NCBI GenBank assembly: GCA_937951215.1
Contig: CALFCE010000205.1
Coordinates: 51-64,050, forward strand
Reading direction: 5' to 3'
DNA length: 64,000 nucleotides
Origin: an uncultured Granulosicoccaceae bacterium
GTDB taxonomy: Bacteria; Pseudomonadota; Gammaproteobacteria; Granulosicoccales; Granulosicoccaceae
This document shows, piece after piece, positions 1 through 7,026 of this stretch. A model generated the notes under the pieces. The model ran no database searches, was not told the DNA's origin, and saw only the letters and a program-made list of their open reading frames with translations. The translations under genes were made by a program, and so were the position numbers. The number at the start of each line of letters is the position of its first letter. Position 1 is the stretch's first letter.

Positions 1-1
1 C

Positions 2-814
2 TACTTGCTGATGATTACGCTGTATCCGGGCGGTTACGCGCTGGTGCAGAGTTTTCATGCAGTCAAATTCGGTCCATGGCGCCCCATCGGATTTGAAAAC
101 TACACCACGCTGATGGGTGACTATCAGTTCTGGGGAGCACTCCTCAATACCTTGATCATCGGCTCTATTGCGCTGGCATTGCAGTGCGTAATCGCATTGA
201 CCCTGGCCTTTCACGCCTACCGGGATCCGTGGGTCCGTGGCTGGAGAATTATTTTTTTATTGCCGATGCTCTTTATGCCGTCGGCAGTCGCGTTTATTTA
301 CAAACTTGCTTTTCTGGATGCACGGGTATTCTCGGACCTGTTAATGAGAATTGGCTTGATCGACGCCAACCTGGCGATTCAGTCTTCGGTATGGATGAGC
401 CGTGGCTTGCTGATTCTGGCGGATGTCTGGCAATGGACACCCTTTTTGTTCATCATTTTTGTTGCAGCTCTGCAGGGCCAGGATCCTGAAGTTGAAGAGG
501 CAGCGAGACTCGATGGCGCGTCGTGGGGGAAGATTTTCTGGAATATATCCCTGCCGTTGATGCGTCCGGTTATTGCGGTAGCGCTGGTGTTGAGAGGAAT
601 TGACATCACAACCATGTTTGCCAACGTATTTATTATCACCAAAGGCGGGCCGGCCTTTGGCACCGAAACCATCAGTTATTTTATCTACCGGACTGGTTTC
701 AAATTTTTCAATTTTGGCTATGCCTCTGCGGCATCGGTGATCATGCTAATACTGACAATCATTATCGCGCAAGTGGTCGTGAAGCGCGCCTTTGTCTCCC
801 AACGGGAAGCATGA
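2..814 (+). CDS. ABC carbohydrate transporter permease, MalF/UgpA type (5' end outside window)
   Basis: The frame is open to the window edge. Polytopic membrane protein with the EAA loop EEAARLDGASWGKIFWNISLPLMRP. Its stop overlaps the next permease start. Confidence 0.88.
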   Translation, partial: YLLMITLYPGGYALVQSFHAVKFGPWRPIGFENYTTLMGDYQFWGALLNTLIIGSIALALQCVIALTLAFHAYRDPWVRGWRIIFLLPMLFMPSAVAFIYKLAFLDARVFSDLLMRIGLIDANLAIQSSVWMSRGLLILADVWQWTPFLFIIFVAALQGQDPEVEEAARLDGASWGKIFWNISLPLMRPVIAVALVLRGIDITTMFANVFIITKGGPAFGTETISYFIYRTGFKFFNFGYASAASVIMLILTIIIAQVVVKRAFVSQREA

Positions 815-1659
815 CGATGGCTGGCAAATCCGGACGCCGTTCCGAAAACCGCTTTATCCGCTATCTGATTTTATTCACCTGGGCACTGTTCTGCCTGATG
901 CCGATCCTGTGGTTTTTGTCGATAGGGCTGCGACCACGCATTGAAATTATCACACCCCAACCAATTTACTGGCCCAGCTTCTCGCTCGATGCCTGGAAGA
1001 TGATCTGGCAGGATTGGCCTATGGCCAAATACCTGTTTAACTCGGTCGCCGCCATTTTTGGCTCGGTGTTGATCGATCTGGTACTTGCAATTCCGGCGGC
1101 ATATGCACTGTCGCGATTTACATTCCGCGGCCGCGATGATATCGCTTTCTATATATTGTCAACGCGCATGATGGCGCCTGCCATTGTTGCCATCCCGATC
1201 TTTTTCCTGTTTCGCAATCTGGGTTTGCTCGACACCATATACGCGCTGATGCTGGTGTACGCAGCTATCAACTTGTCTATCGTCACCTGGATCATACGCT
1301 CTTACATGCTGGATATTCCAAAGGAGCTGGAAGATGCCGCTCGCACTGATGGCGCAGGTGACTTGAGAATTTTATGGGAGATCATCATCCCGGCGGTTCT
1401 GCCCGGCATCATTACCGCAGCAGTGATAGCAATGATTTTTGCAATCAATGAATTTCTCTTCACTTTGCTGATCGCATCCACACCCAATGCGTACACCATG
1501 TCAGTTGCGCTGGCAAACTTCACTGGTGGTTCGGACGGTGTTATTTACAACGCAATTGCCCTGGTCTCCTTTATCGCCATGGTCCCGGTCTTTATTGTGG
1601 TGCTGGCAATCCAGAAGCATTTGTCCCGCGGGCTGACCATGGGTGCAGTAAAAGGGTAA
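811..1659 (+). CDS. ABC carbohydrate transporter permease, MalG/UgpE type
   Basis: Six-TM-like protein with the EAA loop EDAARTDGAGDLRILWEIIIPAVLPG. It has a 4-nt overlap with the upstream permease. Confidence 0.9.
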   Translation: MTMAGKSGRRSENRFIRYLILFTWALFCLMPILWFLSIGLRPRIEIITPQPIYWPSFSLDAWKMIWQDWPMAKYLFNSVAAIFGSVLIDLVLAIPAAYALSRFTFRGRDDIAFYILSTRMMAPAIVAIPIFFLFRNLGLLDTIYALMLVYAAINLSIVTWIIRSYMLDIPKELEDAARTDGAGDLRILWEIIIPAVLPGIITAAVIAMIFAINEFLFTLLIASTPNAYTMSVALANFTGGSDGVIYNAIALVSFIAMVPVFIVVLAIQKHLSRGLTMGAVKG

Positions 1660-1662
1660 CTG

Positions 1663-2721
1663 ATGGCAAGAATTGAACTCATTGATGTACAAAAGCGCTG
1701 GGGACACTCCGTTGGCGTCAGAGACATCAACCTCGATATTGGCGATCAGGAGCTGCTGGTACTGCTGGGCCCGTCCGGCTGCGGTAAAACCACGACCATG
1801 CGGATGATTGCCGGGCTGGAAGAATTATCCGCTGGCGAGATTCTGATGGACGGGCAGCCGGTAACAGACGTTGATGCCAGAGACCGCGATGTTGCGATGG
1901 TTTTTCAGGGTTATGCGCTCTACCCGAACATGACCGTTTACGAGAACATCAGGTTTCCACTTCGCATGCGCAATGTACCCAAAAGCGAGCATCGCCACAG
2001 AGTACGCGAGGCTGCCGCCATGGTGGAGATGGAACCCTATCTGGACCGTAAACCTGCTGCACTATCCGGAGGACAACGACAACGTGCGGCGTTGGCGAGA
2101 GCGGTGGTACGTTCACCCCAGGTTTTTTTGATGGATGAACCACTATCCAACCTTGATGCAAAATTGCGACAATCCATGCGCATCCAGATCAAACAGCTAC
2201 AGCGCAAACTCAAGATCACCACGGTGTATGTCACCCACGACCAGATAGAAGCAATGACGCTGGCGGATCGCATTGTCGTGATGCATGAAGGCTCCTGCCA
2301 ACAAGTTGGAACACCCGATGAGATTTACTCTGACCCCGCCAATACCTTCGTCGCCTCGTTCATCGGCTCGCCTCCGATGAATCTGATACCGGGGGTAGTC
2401 GACGGCGGCGTGTTCGAATGTCAGAATGTCAGAGTCACTGGCATACCGGATTCGGTGACAGGCTCGGTCACTTTGGGCATACGGCCTGAAGACTGCTCGG
2501 TCGCAGGAAACAACAGCACACAGCACGCTCAGGGGACGGTCTATGGCGTCGAACCCACAGGCGACCTGACCTACCTGTCGGTCCAGGCCGGCGACAACAC
2601 TCTGGATATAAAAGCCAACAGAGATTACCGTTCAGAACTCGGAGAAATCGAAGCGATCGAATTTGATACACAACGGCTTTACTTTTTTGATTCAGCCAAT
2701 GGCATGCGTATTCGCGCTTAA
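1663..2721 (+). CDS. ABC transporter ATP-binding protein, MalK/UgpC type
   Basis: Walker A GPSGCGKTT, signature LSGGQRQR and Walker B FLMDEPLS, plus a C-terminal MalK-like regulatory/TOBE region. Confidence 0.93.
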   Translation: MARIELIDVQKRWGHSVGVRDINLDIGDQELLVLLGPSGCGKTTTMRMIAGLEELSAGEILMDGQPVTDVDARDRDVAMVFQGYALYPNMTVYENIRFPLRMRNVPKSEHRHRVREAAAMVEMEPYLDRKPAALSGGQRQRAALARAVVRSPQVFLMDEPLSNLDAKLRQSMRIQIKQLQRKLKITTVYVTHDQIEAMTLADRIVVMHEGSCQQVGTPDEIYSDPANTFVASFIGSPPMNLIPGVVDGGVFECQNVRVTGIPDSVTGSVTLGIRPEDCSVAGNNSTQHAQGTVYGVEPTGDLTYLSVQAGDNTLDIKANRDYRSELGEIEAIEFDTQRLYFFDSANGMRIRA

Positions 2722-2736
2722 AGATCAGGGGTAACC

Positions 2737-3693
2737 ATGACCACAAAACAATTTGACTATACCTCTGTCGGTTTTTACACCTTTGATTGTCTGGGTCGCC
2801 CGGTCAATCAAATACCGCCTGGCGCAGATACCTATTTTATCGACGAGCTGACACTGGCAGTATCCGGAGCTGCCGGTTCAGCCGCAATCGTAGCCGCCAA
2901 GCACGGATTGAAAGTACAGGCCGTGGGGGGTGTTGGCAAAGACGATATGGGTGACTGGGTCATACAGAAGCTATCGCACTTTGGAGTCGATACCCGGCAC
3001 ATGCAAGTCTGCCCGGATGTGTCTACCTCATCATCGATTGTGACAACACGCCCCAACGGGGATCGTCCGGCCCTGCACAAGAAGGGAGCTACCGGGGCAT
3101 TCTATGTCAACGATGAGCAGATCGAACAAGTGATTGATACCCGGATTCTGCACATCGGGGGCGTCGGTTTGATGGATGCAATGGATAGCGGTCGAACACT
3201 TGAATTGATGCAGGCAGCCAAGCAGGCGGACTGTCTCACTACGCTCGATGTCTTTGCTGCCACCCGTGATGATTTCAATCTGATCGAACCCCTGTTGCCC
3301 TACACCGACTATTTCATGCCTTCTGAAGAAGAGGCCAGAGCGCTGTCCGGGATGCAGGATCTCGGCGCGATTGCAGATTTTCTGCTCGACAAGGGTACTG
3401 GTGCCGTAGTGCTGACCCTCGGAGCAGACGGTGCTCGTTACAAAGACAATCAAGGCCGGGAATTCGCGGCACCCGCATTCAACATTGATGTTGTCTGCAC
3501 ATGCGGTTGTGGAGATTGCTTCAATGCAGGTTTTGCCACCGGTCTTCACCTCCAGCGCCCGGCTCGGGATTGCGTCATGCTGGGACAGGCTGCATCTGCG
3601 CAGAACGCCATGGGTCTGGGCTCTCAAGCTGTGGTATCCTCGCTTGAAGCGACGGTGAAGTTTATGGATAGTACTGCTCACCGTGCAGGTTGA
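2737..3693 (+). CDS. PfkB-family carbohydrate kinase
   Basis: Ribokinase-like layout with N-terminal GG (VGGVGKDDMG) and a C-terminal anion-hole motif CGCGDCFNAGFATGL. It sits directly downstream of the ABC importer. Confidence 0.85.
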   Translation: MTTKQFDYTSVGFYTFDCLGRPVNQIPPGADTYFIDELTLAVSGAAGSAAIVAAKHGLKVQAVGGVGKDDMGDWVIQKLSHFGVDTRHMQVCPDVSTSSSIVTTRPNGDRPALHKKGATGAFYVNDEQIEQVIDTRILHIGGVGLMDAMDSGRTLELMQAAKQADCLTTLDVFAATRDDFNLIEPLLPYTDYFMPSEEEARALSGMQDLGAIADFLLDKGTGAVVLTLGADGARYKDNQGREFAAPAFNIDVVCTCGCGDCFNAGFATGLHLQRPARDCVMLGQAASAQNAMGLGSQAVVSSLEATVKFMDSTAHRAG

Positions 3694-3705
3694 GACTCCC
3701 ATGCA

Positions 3706-4464
3706 ATGACCGCGTCGGCACTGAAGGCACCGTTGATTCGTACACTGGTATTGTCCGTAAAAGATGGTTTGCGAGGCATCAGGCATATATTGCTGTCGCT
3801 ACGTAACCGTTTTGCCAGAGTCGCCAGACGCTCACCGGCACCCATGCGACAGTTTGGTAAAGTGCTGGTCAGCCACTTTGACCGTATCGCCGACCGGGTT
3901 GATCGCAACACTTCCAGTATCGTTCACCGGTACCTTGATCCCGAAATTTCGCGCAAGGCAGATGTCGCCGTTCTCTCCAGGATAACGTCACTGGACGAGG
4001 CCAGTGCCTCAGTCATCTTTGCCAAAATCTCCTACGACAACCTTAAATCCGTTATTGCCTACCTCTGTGATCGGCTGGATCATGAAGGTCACTTCTTTGT
4101 CAGCGAAGCACTGGGTGCAGTAGCGTATGGCCGTGCAGCAGGCAGCTTTCAAGACACCGCCTGCGAAAGCACAAAAGCTGCAATGTTGCTGCAGGCACTG
4201 CTGCGTGTTGGCATGGTCAGAACAGGTAGCAGCGGCAATGCCGCAACTTCATCGGATGCGGATACTCAAAAAATTGCTCAAATGAGTGTTTTCTCTGCCA
4301 TTCTCTGGCTGATCATCGAGCGTGAATCGACTCCCGAAAGTGAAGATGAACTGCTGATTGATTGTTGCGATCTGGCTCTGGCCCAGGCCGAATCGATTTA
4401 CCAGGCACTTGAGGACGTGCAGGCAATGGCTGACTTGATGGCGTTCTCCAGGGAAAGTGTCTGA
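3706..4464 (+). CDS. hypothetical protein (252 aa), no family recognised
   Basis: Long ORF with no competing frame. Its TGA stop overlaps the ATG of the next ORF (TGATG), which implies translational coupling. Confidence 0.6.
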   Translation: MTASALKAPLIRTLVLSVKDGLRGIRHILLSLRNRFARVARRSPAPMRQFGKVLVSHFDRIADRVDRNTSSIVHRYLDPEISRKADVAVLSRITSLDEASASVIFAKISYDNLKSVIAYLCDRLDHEGHFFVSEALGAVAYGRAAGSFQDTACESTKAAMLLQALLRVGMVRTGSSGNAATSSDADTQKIAQMSVFSAILWLIIERESTPESEDELLIDCCDLALAQAESIYQALEDVQAMADLMAFSRESV

Positions 4465-5903
4465 TGAATGCGCTCGAATCACGCCCTCCAGTCGTCTTTA
4501 ACAATCTGGGCGATGAACCCGTTCACCGCGCCATTCGTCGGCTGCGCTGGTTTAAATCCAGCTTTATCTCGCAGGTCAACTCGGTCTCTGAACAGACCGA
4601 CATCCAGTTTGAAACCAACACTGAAATACTGGCCCGTTGTTTCCTCGCATGGTTAAAGGAGTTTGAAGCCAGCAAACCCGATGATCCGGCAGAACGCGAA
4701 TCATTTCTGGGCTATGCGTCCGGCATGATGCTTCGCCGCCTGATAGAACTTGAGCCAGTGCGCCATCTTTCGATGCCGGAGGAATTCGATAAATCGGACC
4801 CGGCGATGTTTTGGCCTGAAGGCTATGTTTACGTCATGTACTGCCTCAATATTCGCAAGCTGGTCGCTGATGAGGCATTCGACGCCGGACTGGAATTCAG
4901 CCCGGCAGTCGCTGATATCAGCACTTGGTGGTCATTCCGGGAAAATGTCGGAGAGATGTCATCTTATGCCATCGCTTTCCTTGATCTCTTTGCAGGAAAA
5001 AAACCCGACTTTGTCACTCCGTATATTTTCAAACCGGAAGACTCCGCGCAAAGTCTGCCCCCGTCATCGCCGTCACAAACAAACCAGGCAACGACTCGGA
5101 CTGCGTCTCGGGCCGCCTCTCGGTTAGCCACTCGGTTAGCCACTGGGGCCGAGACCCAGGCTACGACAGCAGGCTTGTCCTGCGGGTTGCAGATAGGAGA
5201 GCAAAATTGCCGTGCAGTATTGGTCGATAACAGTGGCAGCTTGCTTTTCGAACGTAACACCGAGATTGCCATCCAGCCCGACTCGCAGCTGGCGACCACT
5301 CACTCTGCGGTGATCAATGAATTGCTGAGCGCGGCTCGGGATATCAATGTCACCCTGGAGGGTTCAAGCCTGCAAGGTCTGTTTGTATCAGTACCCGACA
5401 GTCTGCTGACGGACAGCGCCGAGATACAGAGTGCTATCAGCGCGAACACCGGGGTGGCGGTATCAGTGATGAGCACTTCAACCGCAGCTGCTGTCGCGGA
5501 GATAACCCTCGGTGCGGAGCTTCCCGATCGTAATTTCCTGTTGGTCTGGATGGCCTCACCTATCGAATATCGTATGGTTGTCGATGGCAAGGTAATTAAC
5601 GACACAGCATCAACACGCGGCAATACACCCGCTGTTACAGACCCTGCGACCCTCGCTGAGGAGTTGGCAGCAACGGTAAGCGTACTTCACAATGTAATGG
5701 GGTTACGTCAGGTGGTATTGGCACCGGCCAGCACCGAGCCCGATTATCCGCAACTGTTGGGCGAACTCAAGAATCGGCTGCCGGCCATCGATTTCCGTTA
5801 CAGTGAAGTACCCCAGACACCCGAGGCTTTCGGTGCCGTGTGTTTGCAGTTTATTGATATCGTCACAACCACCGGCGCAGACAGAACCCGGCTCGACAGC
5901 TAG
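4464..5903 (+). CDS. hypothetical protein (479 aa): unknown N-terminal domain, S/T/A-rich linker and a degenerate ROK/ASKHA-like C-terminal domain
   Basis: The C-terminal half parallels the ROK layout. LQIGEQNCRAVLVDNSG sits where DxGGT would be. VSVPDSLL sits where VPGxVD would be. STSTAAAVAEITLGAE sits where NDANAAALAE would be. WMASPIEYRMVVDGKV sits where GTGIGAGxxxxG would be. The catalytic and Gly motifs are lost. Confidence 0.6.
   Translation: MNALESRPPVVFNNLGDEPVHRAIRRLRWFKSSFISQVNSVSEQTDIQFETNTEILARCFLAWLKEFEASKPDDPAERESFLGYASGMMLRRLIELEPVRHLSMPEEFDKSDPAMFWPEGYVYVMYCLNIRKLVADEAFDAGLEFSPAVADISTWWSFRENVGEMSSYAIAFLDLFAGKKPDFVTPYIFKPEDSAQSLPPSSPSQTNQATTRTASRAASRLATRLATGAETQATTAGLSCGLQIGEQNCRAVLVDNSGSLLFERNTEIAIQPDSQLATTHSAVINELLSAARDINVTLEGSSLQGLFVSVPDSLLTDSAEIQSAISANTGVAVSVMSTSTAAAVAEITLGAELPDRNFLLVWMASPIEYRMVVDGKVINDTASTRGNTPAVTDPATLAEELAATVSVLHNVMGLRQVVLAPASTEPDYPQLLGELKNRLPAIDFRYSEVPQTPEAFGAVCLQFIDIVTTTGADRTRLDS
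5119..5142 (+). repeat. in-frame 12-bp x2 tandem duplication inside ORF 4464-5903
   Basis: CTCGGTTAGCCA occurs twice in tandem and encodes SRLATRLAT. Confidence 0.9.
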
Positions 5904-5923
5904 CTCGCAGTTTTGTCCCGGCT

Positions 5924-6013
5924 GGTTATCGGCCGGGTTTATCGACTGGGTTTATCGACTGGGTTTATCCGCTGGGTTTATCGATTGGGGTGATGGTTAT
6001 CGGCTGGGGTGAT
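5924..6013 (-). repeat. 13-bp tandem repeat array (about 6 copies) containing the stop codon of the DUF3391-like gene
   Basis: Plus-strand units are GGTTATCGGCCGG, GTTTATCGACTGG x2, GTTTATCCGCTGG, GTTTATCGATTGG, then GGTGAT, GGTTATCGGCTGG, GGTGAT. On the minus strand every unit reads ..CGATAA.., and the TAA at 5997-5999 ends the ORF. Confidence 0.9.
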
Positions 6014-6302
6014 CCCAAACCAGTTTGGTCTTGCCCTTGACAAAACCGCATAAGCGTAGCGGATTGTCGCGATTAACCTTGGCTACCTTCTCTGATTGAA
6101 TCAGTGCGTATTCGCATTCCTGCTGCACTTGTCTTAACTGCTCAGCGGAATCAATCCTGAATCCCTGAAACATAAAACTGGTTTGCTCCCAAGGCACATC
6201 CAGCTCGACAACCAGCATACCCATGCTGAGTTCGTTGCGATGAATCCACTGTCTGTCGGTAACGATGCGGGTTGCTGTCTGATCTGCGCTAACGTATTTC
6301 AT
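5997..6302 (-). CDS. stand-alone DUF3391-like domain protein (the N-terminal module usually fused to HD-GYP phosphodiesterases)
   Basis: The pattern ELSMGMLVVELDVPWEQTSFMFQGFRIDSAEQLRQVQQ matches the DUF3391 signature (L.vGMyV..LD..W..tpF...GF.i.s.eqi..L). No HD-GYP domain follows. Confidence 0.65.
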   Translation of the reverse strand: MKYVSADQTATRIVTDRQWIHRNELSMGMLVVELDVPWEQTSFMFQGFRIDSAEQLRQVQQECEYALIQSEKVAKVNRDNPLRLCGFVKGKTKLVWDHPSR

Positions 6303-6735
6303 GTTGACTTCTCCGGCAGGTGACCTGCTCTTGTTGTTTTGTTGGAGGAGACTTTACTGCTTCGATCCTCCACCACCAAACGATTTTTAGCAAAATGTTG
6401 AAACCAATCCAGAAACCCCGCCACCAGCTACCGGTTTCTGCCAGATAGTTCACATCCACAACTTATCAACAGCTTTTACGCAGGATAAAACCGCCGAATC
6501 CACAGCATGTAGTGGTTTAGATTATTTTTTTACACATTTTGTGGGATTTTGATTGACCCGATTCGGGCCTCGGTACTACCATTGTGTGCGCTAATTCACA
6601 CCGTCACTGAAAAAGCGCCCATTGCGGTCATATAGCACAGGCATAACGTAGTCAGTGTTTAGTCAAAGTGCACAGTCATAGTGCAGACACATGGCGACCA
6701 GTAATAAAAAAAGCGCTAAATCGAAAAAACGATCT

Positions 6736-6751
6736 ACACTATATCTTGTAG
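6736..6751 (+). promoter_or_regulatory. NrdR-box-like palindrome 1
   Basis: ACACTATATCTTGTAG matches 13 of 16 positions of the consensus acaCwAtATaTwgtgt. It overlaps the candidate -35. Confidence 0.6.
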
Positions 6752-6774
6752 GTTGCACTTGTTGAGCATACAAT
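6746..6774 (+). promoter_or_regulatory. candidate sigma70 promoter of nrdJab
   Basis: TTGTAG-N17-TACAAT. The -35 and -10 are each covered by an NrdR-like box, which is the classic repressor arrangement. It implies a 5' leader of about 245 nt. Confidence 0.4.
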
Positions 6775-6783
6775 ATGTAGTTC
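6768..6783 (+). promoter_or_regulatory. NrdR-box-like palindrome 2
   Basis: ATACAATATGTAGTTC. Its centre lies 32 bp from box 1 and it overlaps the candidate -10 TACAAT. Confidence 0.55.
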
Positions 6784-6799
6784 TTCTGGTAGCTTCTTC

Positions 6800-6815
6800 C
6801 GACTATATAGATGTA
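6800..6815 (+). promoter_or_regulatory. NrdR-box-like palindrome 3
   Basis: CGACTATATAGATGTA with the core CTATATAG. Its centre lies 32 bp from box 2. Confidence 0.45.
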
Positions 6816-6907
6816 TACCCTTATTAGTAGATTGACACCGCTCTAGCCGGTTCACGCCACTACCGACAGGTACACACCTCTGGTAGGCGTCAATACCAGT
6901 GGTGTGT

Positions 6908-6923
6908 GCAAGATATAGTGTGC
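6908..6923 (+). promoter_or_regulatory. NrdR-box-like palindrome 4
   Basis: GCAAGATATAGTGTGC with a good right half ATATAGTGTG. It sits immediately 3' of a hairpin at 6872-6907 (ACACACC..TGGTA/TACCA..GGTGTGT). Confidence 0.5.
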
Positions 6924-7026
6924 AAGTTATTTAGCGATCGGATGCAACCACAACAACAAATCGGATAGCCAGCGACTCAAAGTCCCTGGTTTTAAAAAAA
7001 CTCGCGCCGGAGAAAATTGAGAAATA

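Noticed and set aside
3031-3786. 251-aa minus-strand ORF
   Set aside because: It is antisense to the PfkB kinase gene, whose motifs are clear. It is Cys/His/Arg-rich with no recognisable family.
5924-6013. Could the tandem arrays (here and at 18115, 23038, 45986 and elsewhere) be CRISPR arrays?
   Set aside because: The units are contiguous with no spacers, are 8-17 bp long and number only 2-6 copies. No cas genes are present.
6303-7026. Cobalamin riboswitch in the long nrdJ leader, or oriC-like region because of DnaA-box-like 9-mers
   Set aside because: There is no B12-box core and none of the GGGAA/GGUG-type conserved stems; only GCCACTA occurs, at about 6856. A B12-dependent enzyme would not be expected to be B12-repressed. 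The flanking genes and the lack of an AT-rich DUE with 13-mers argue against an origin.
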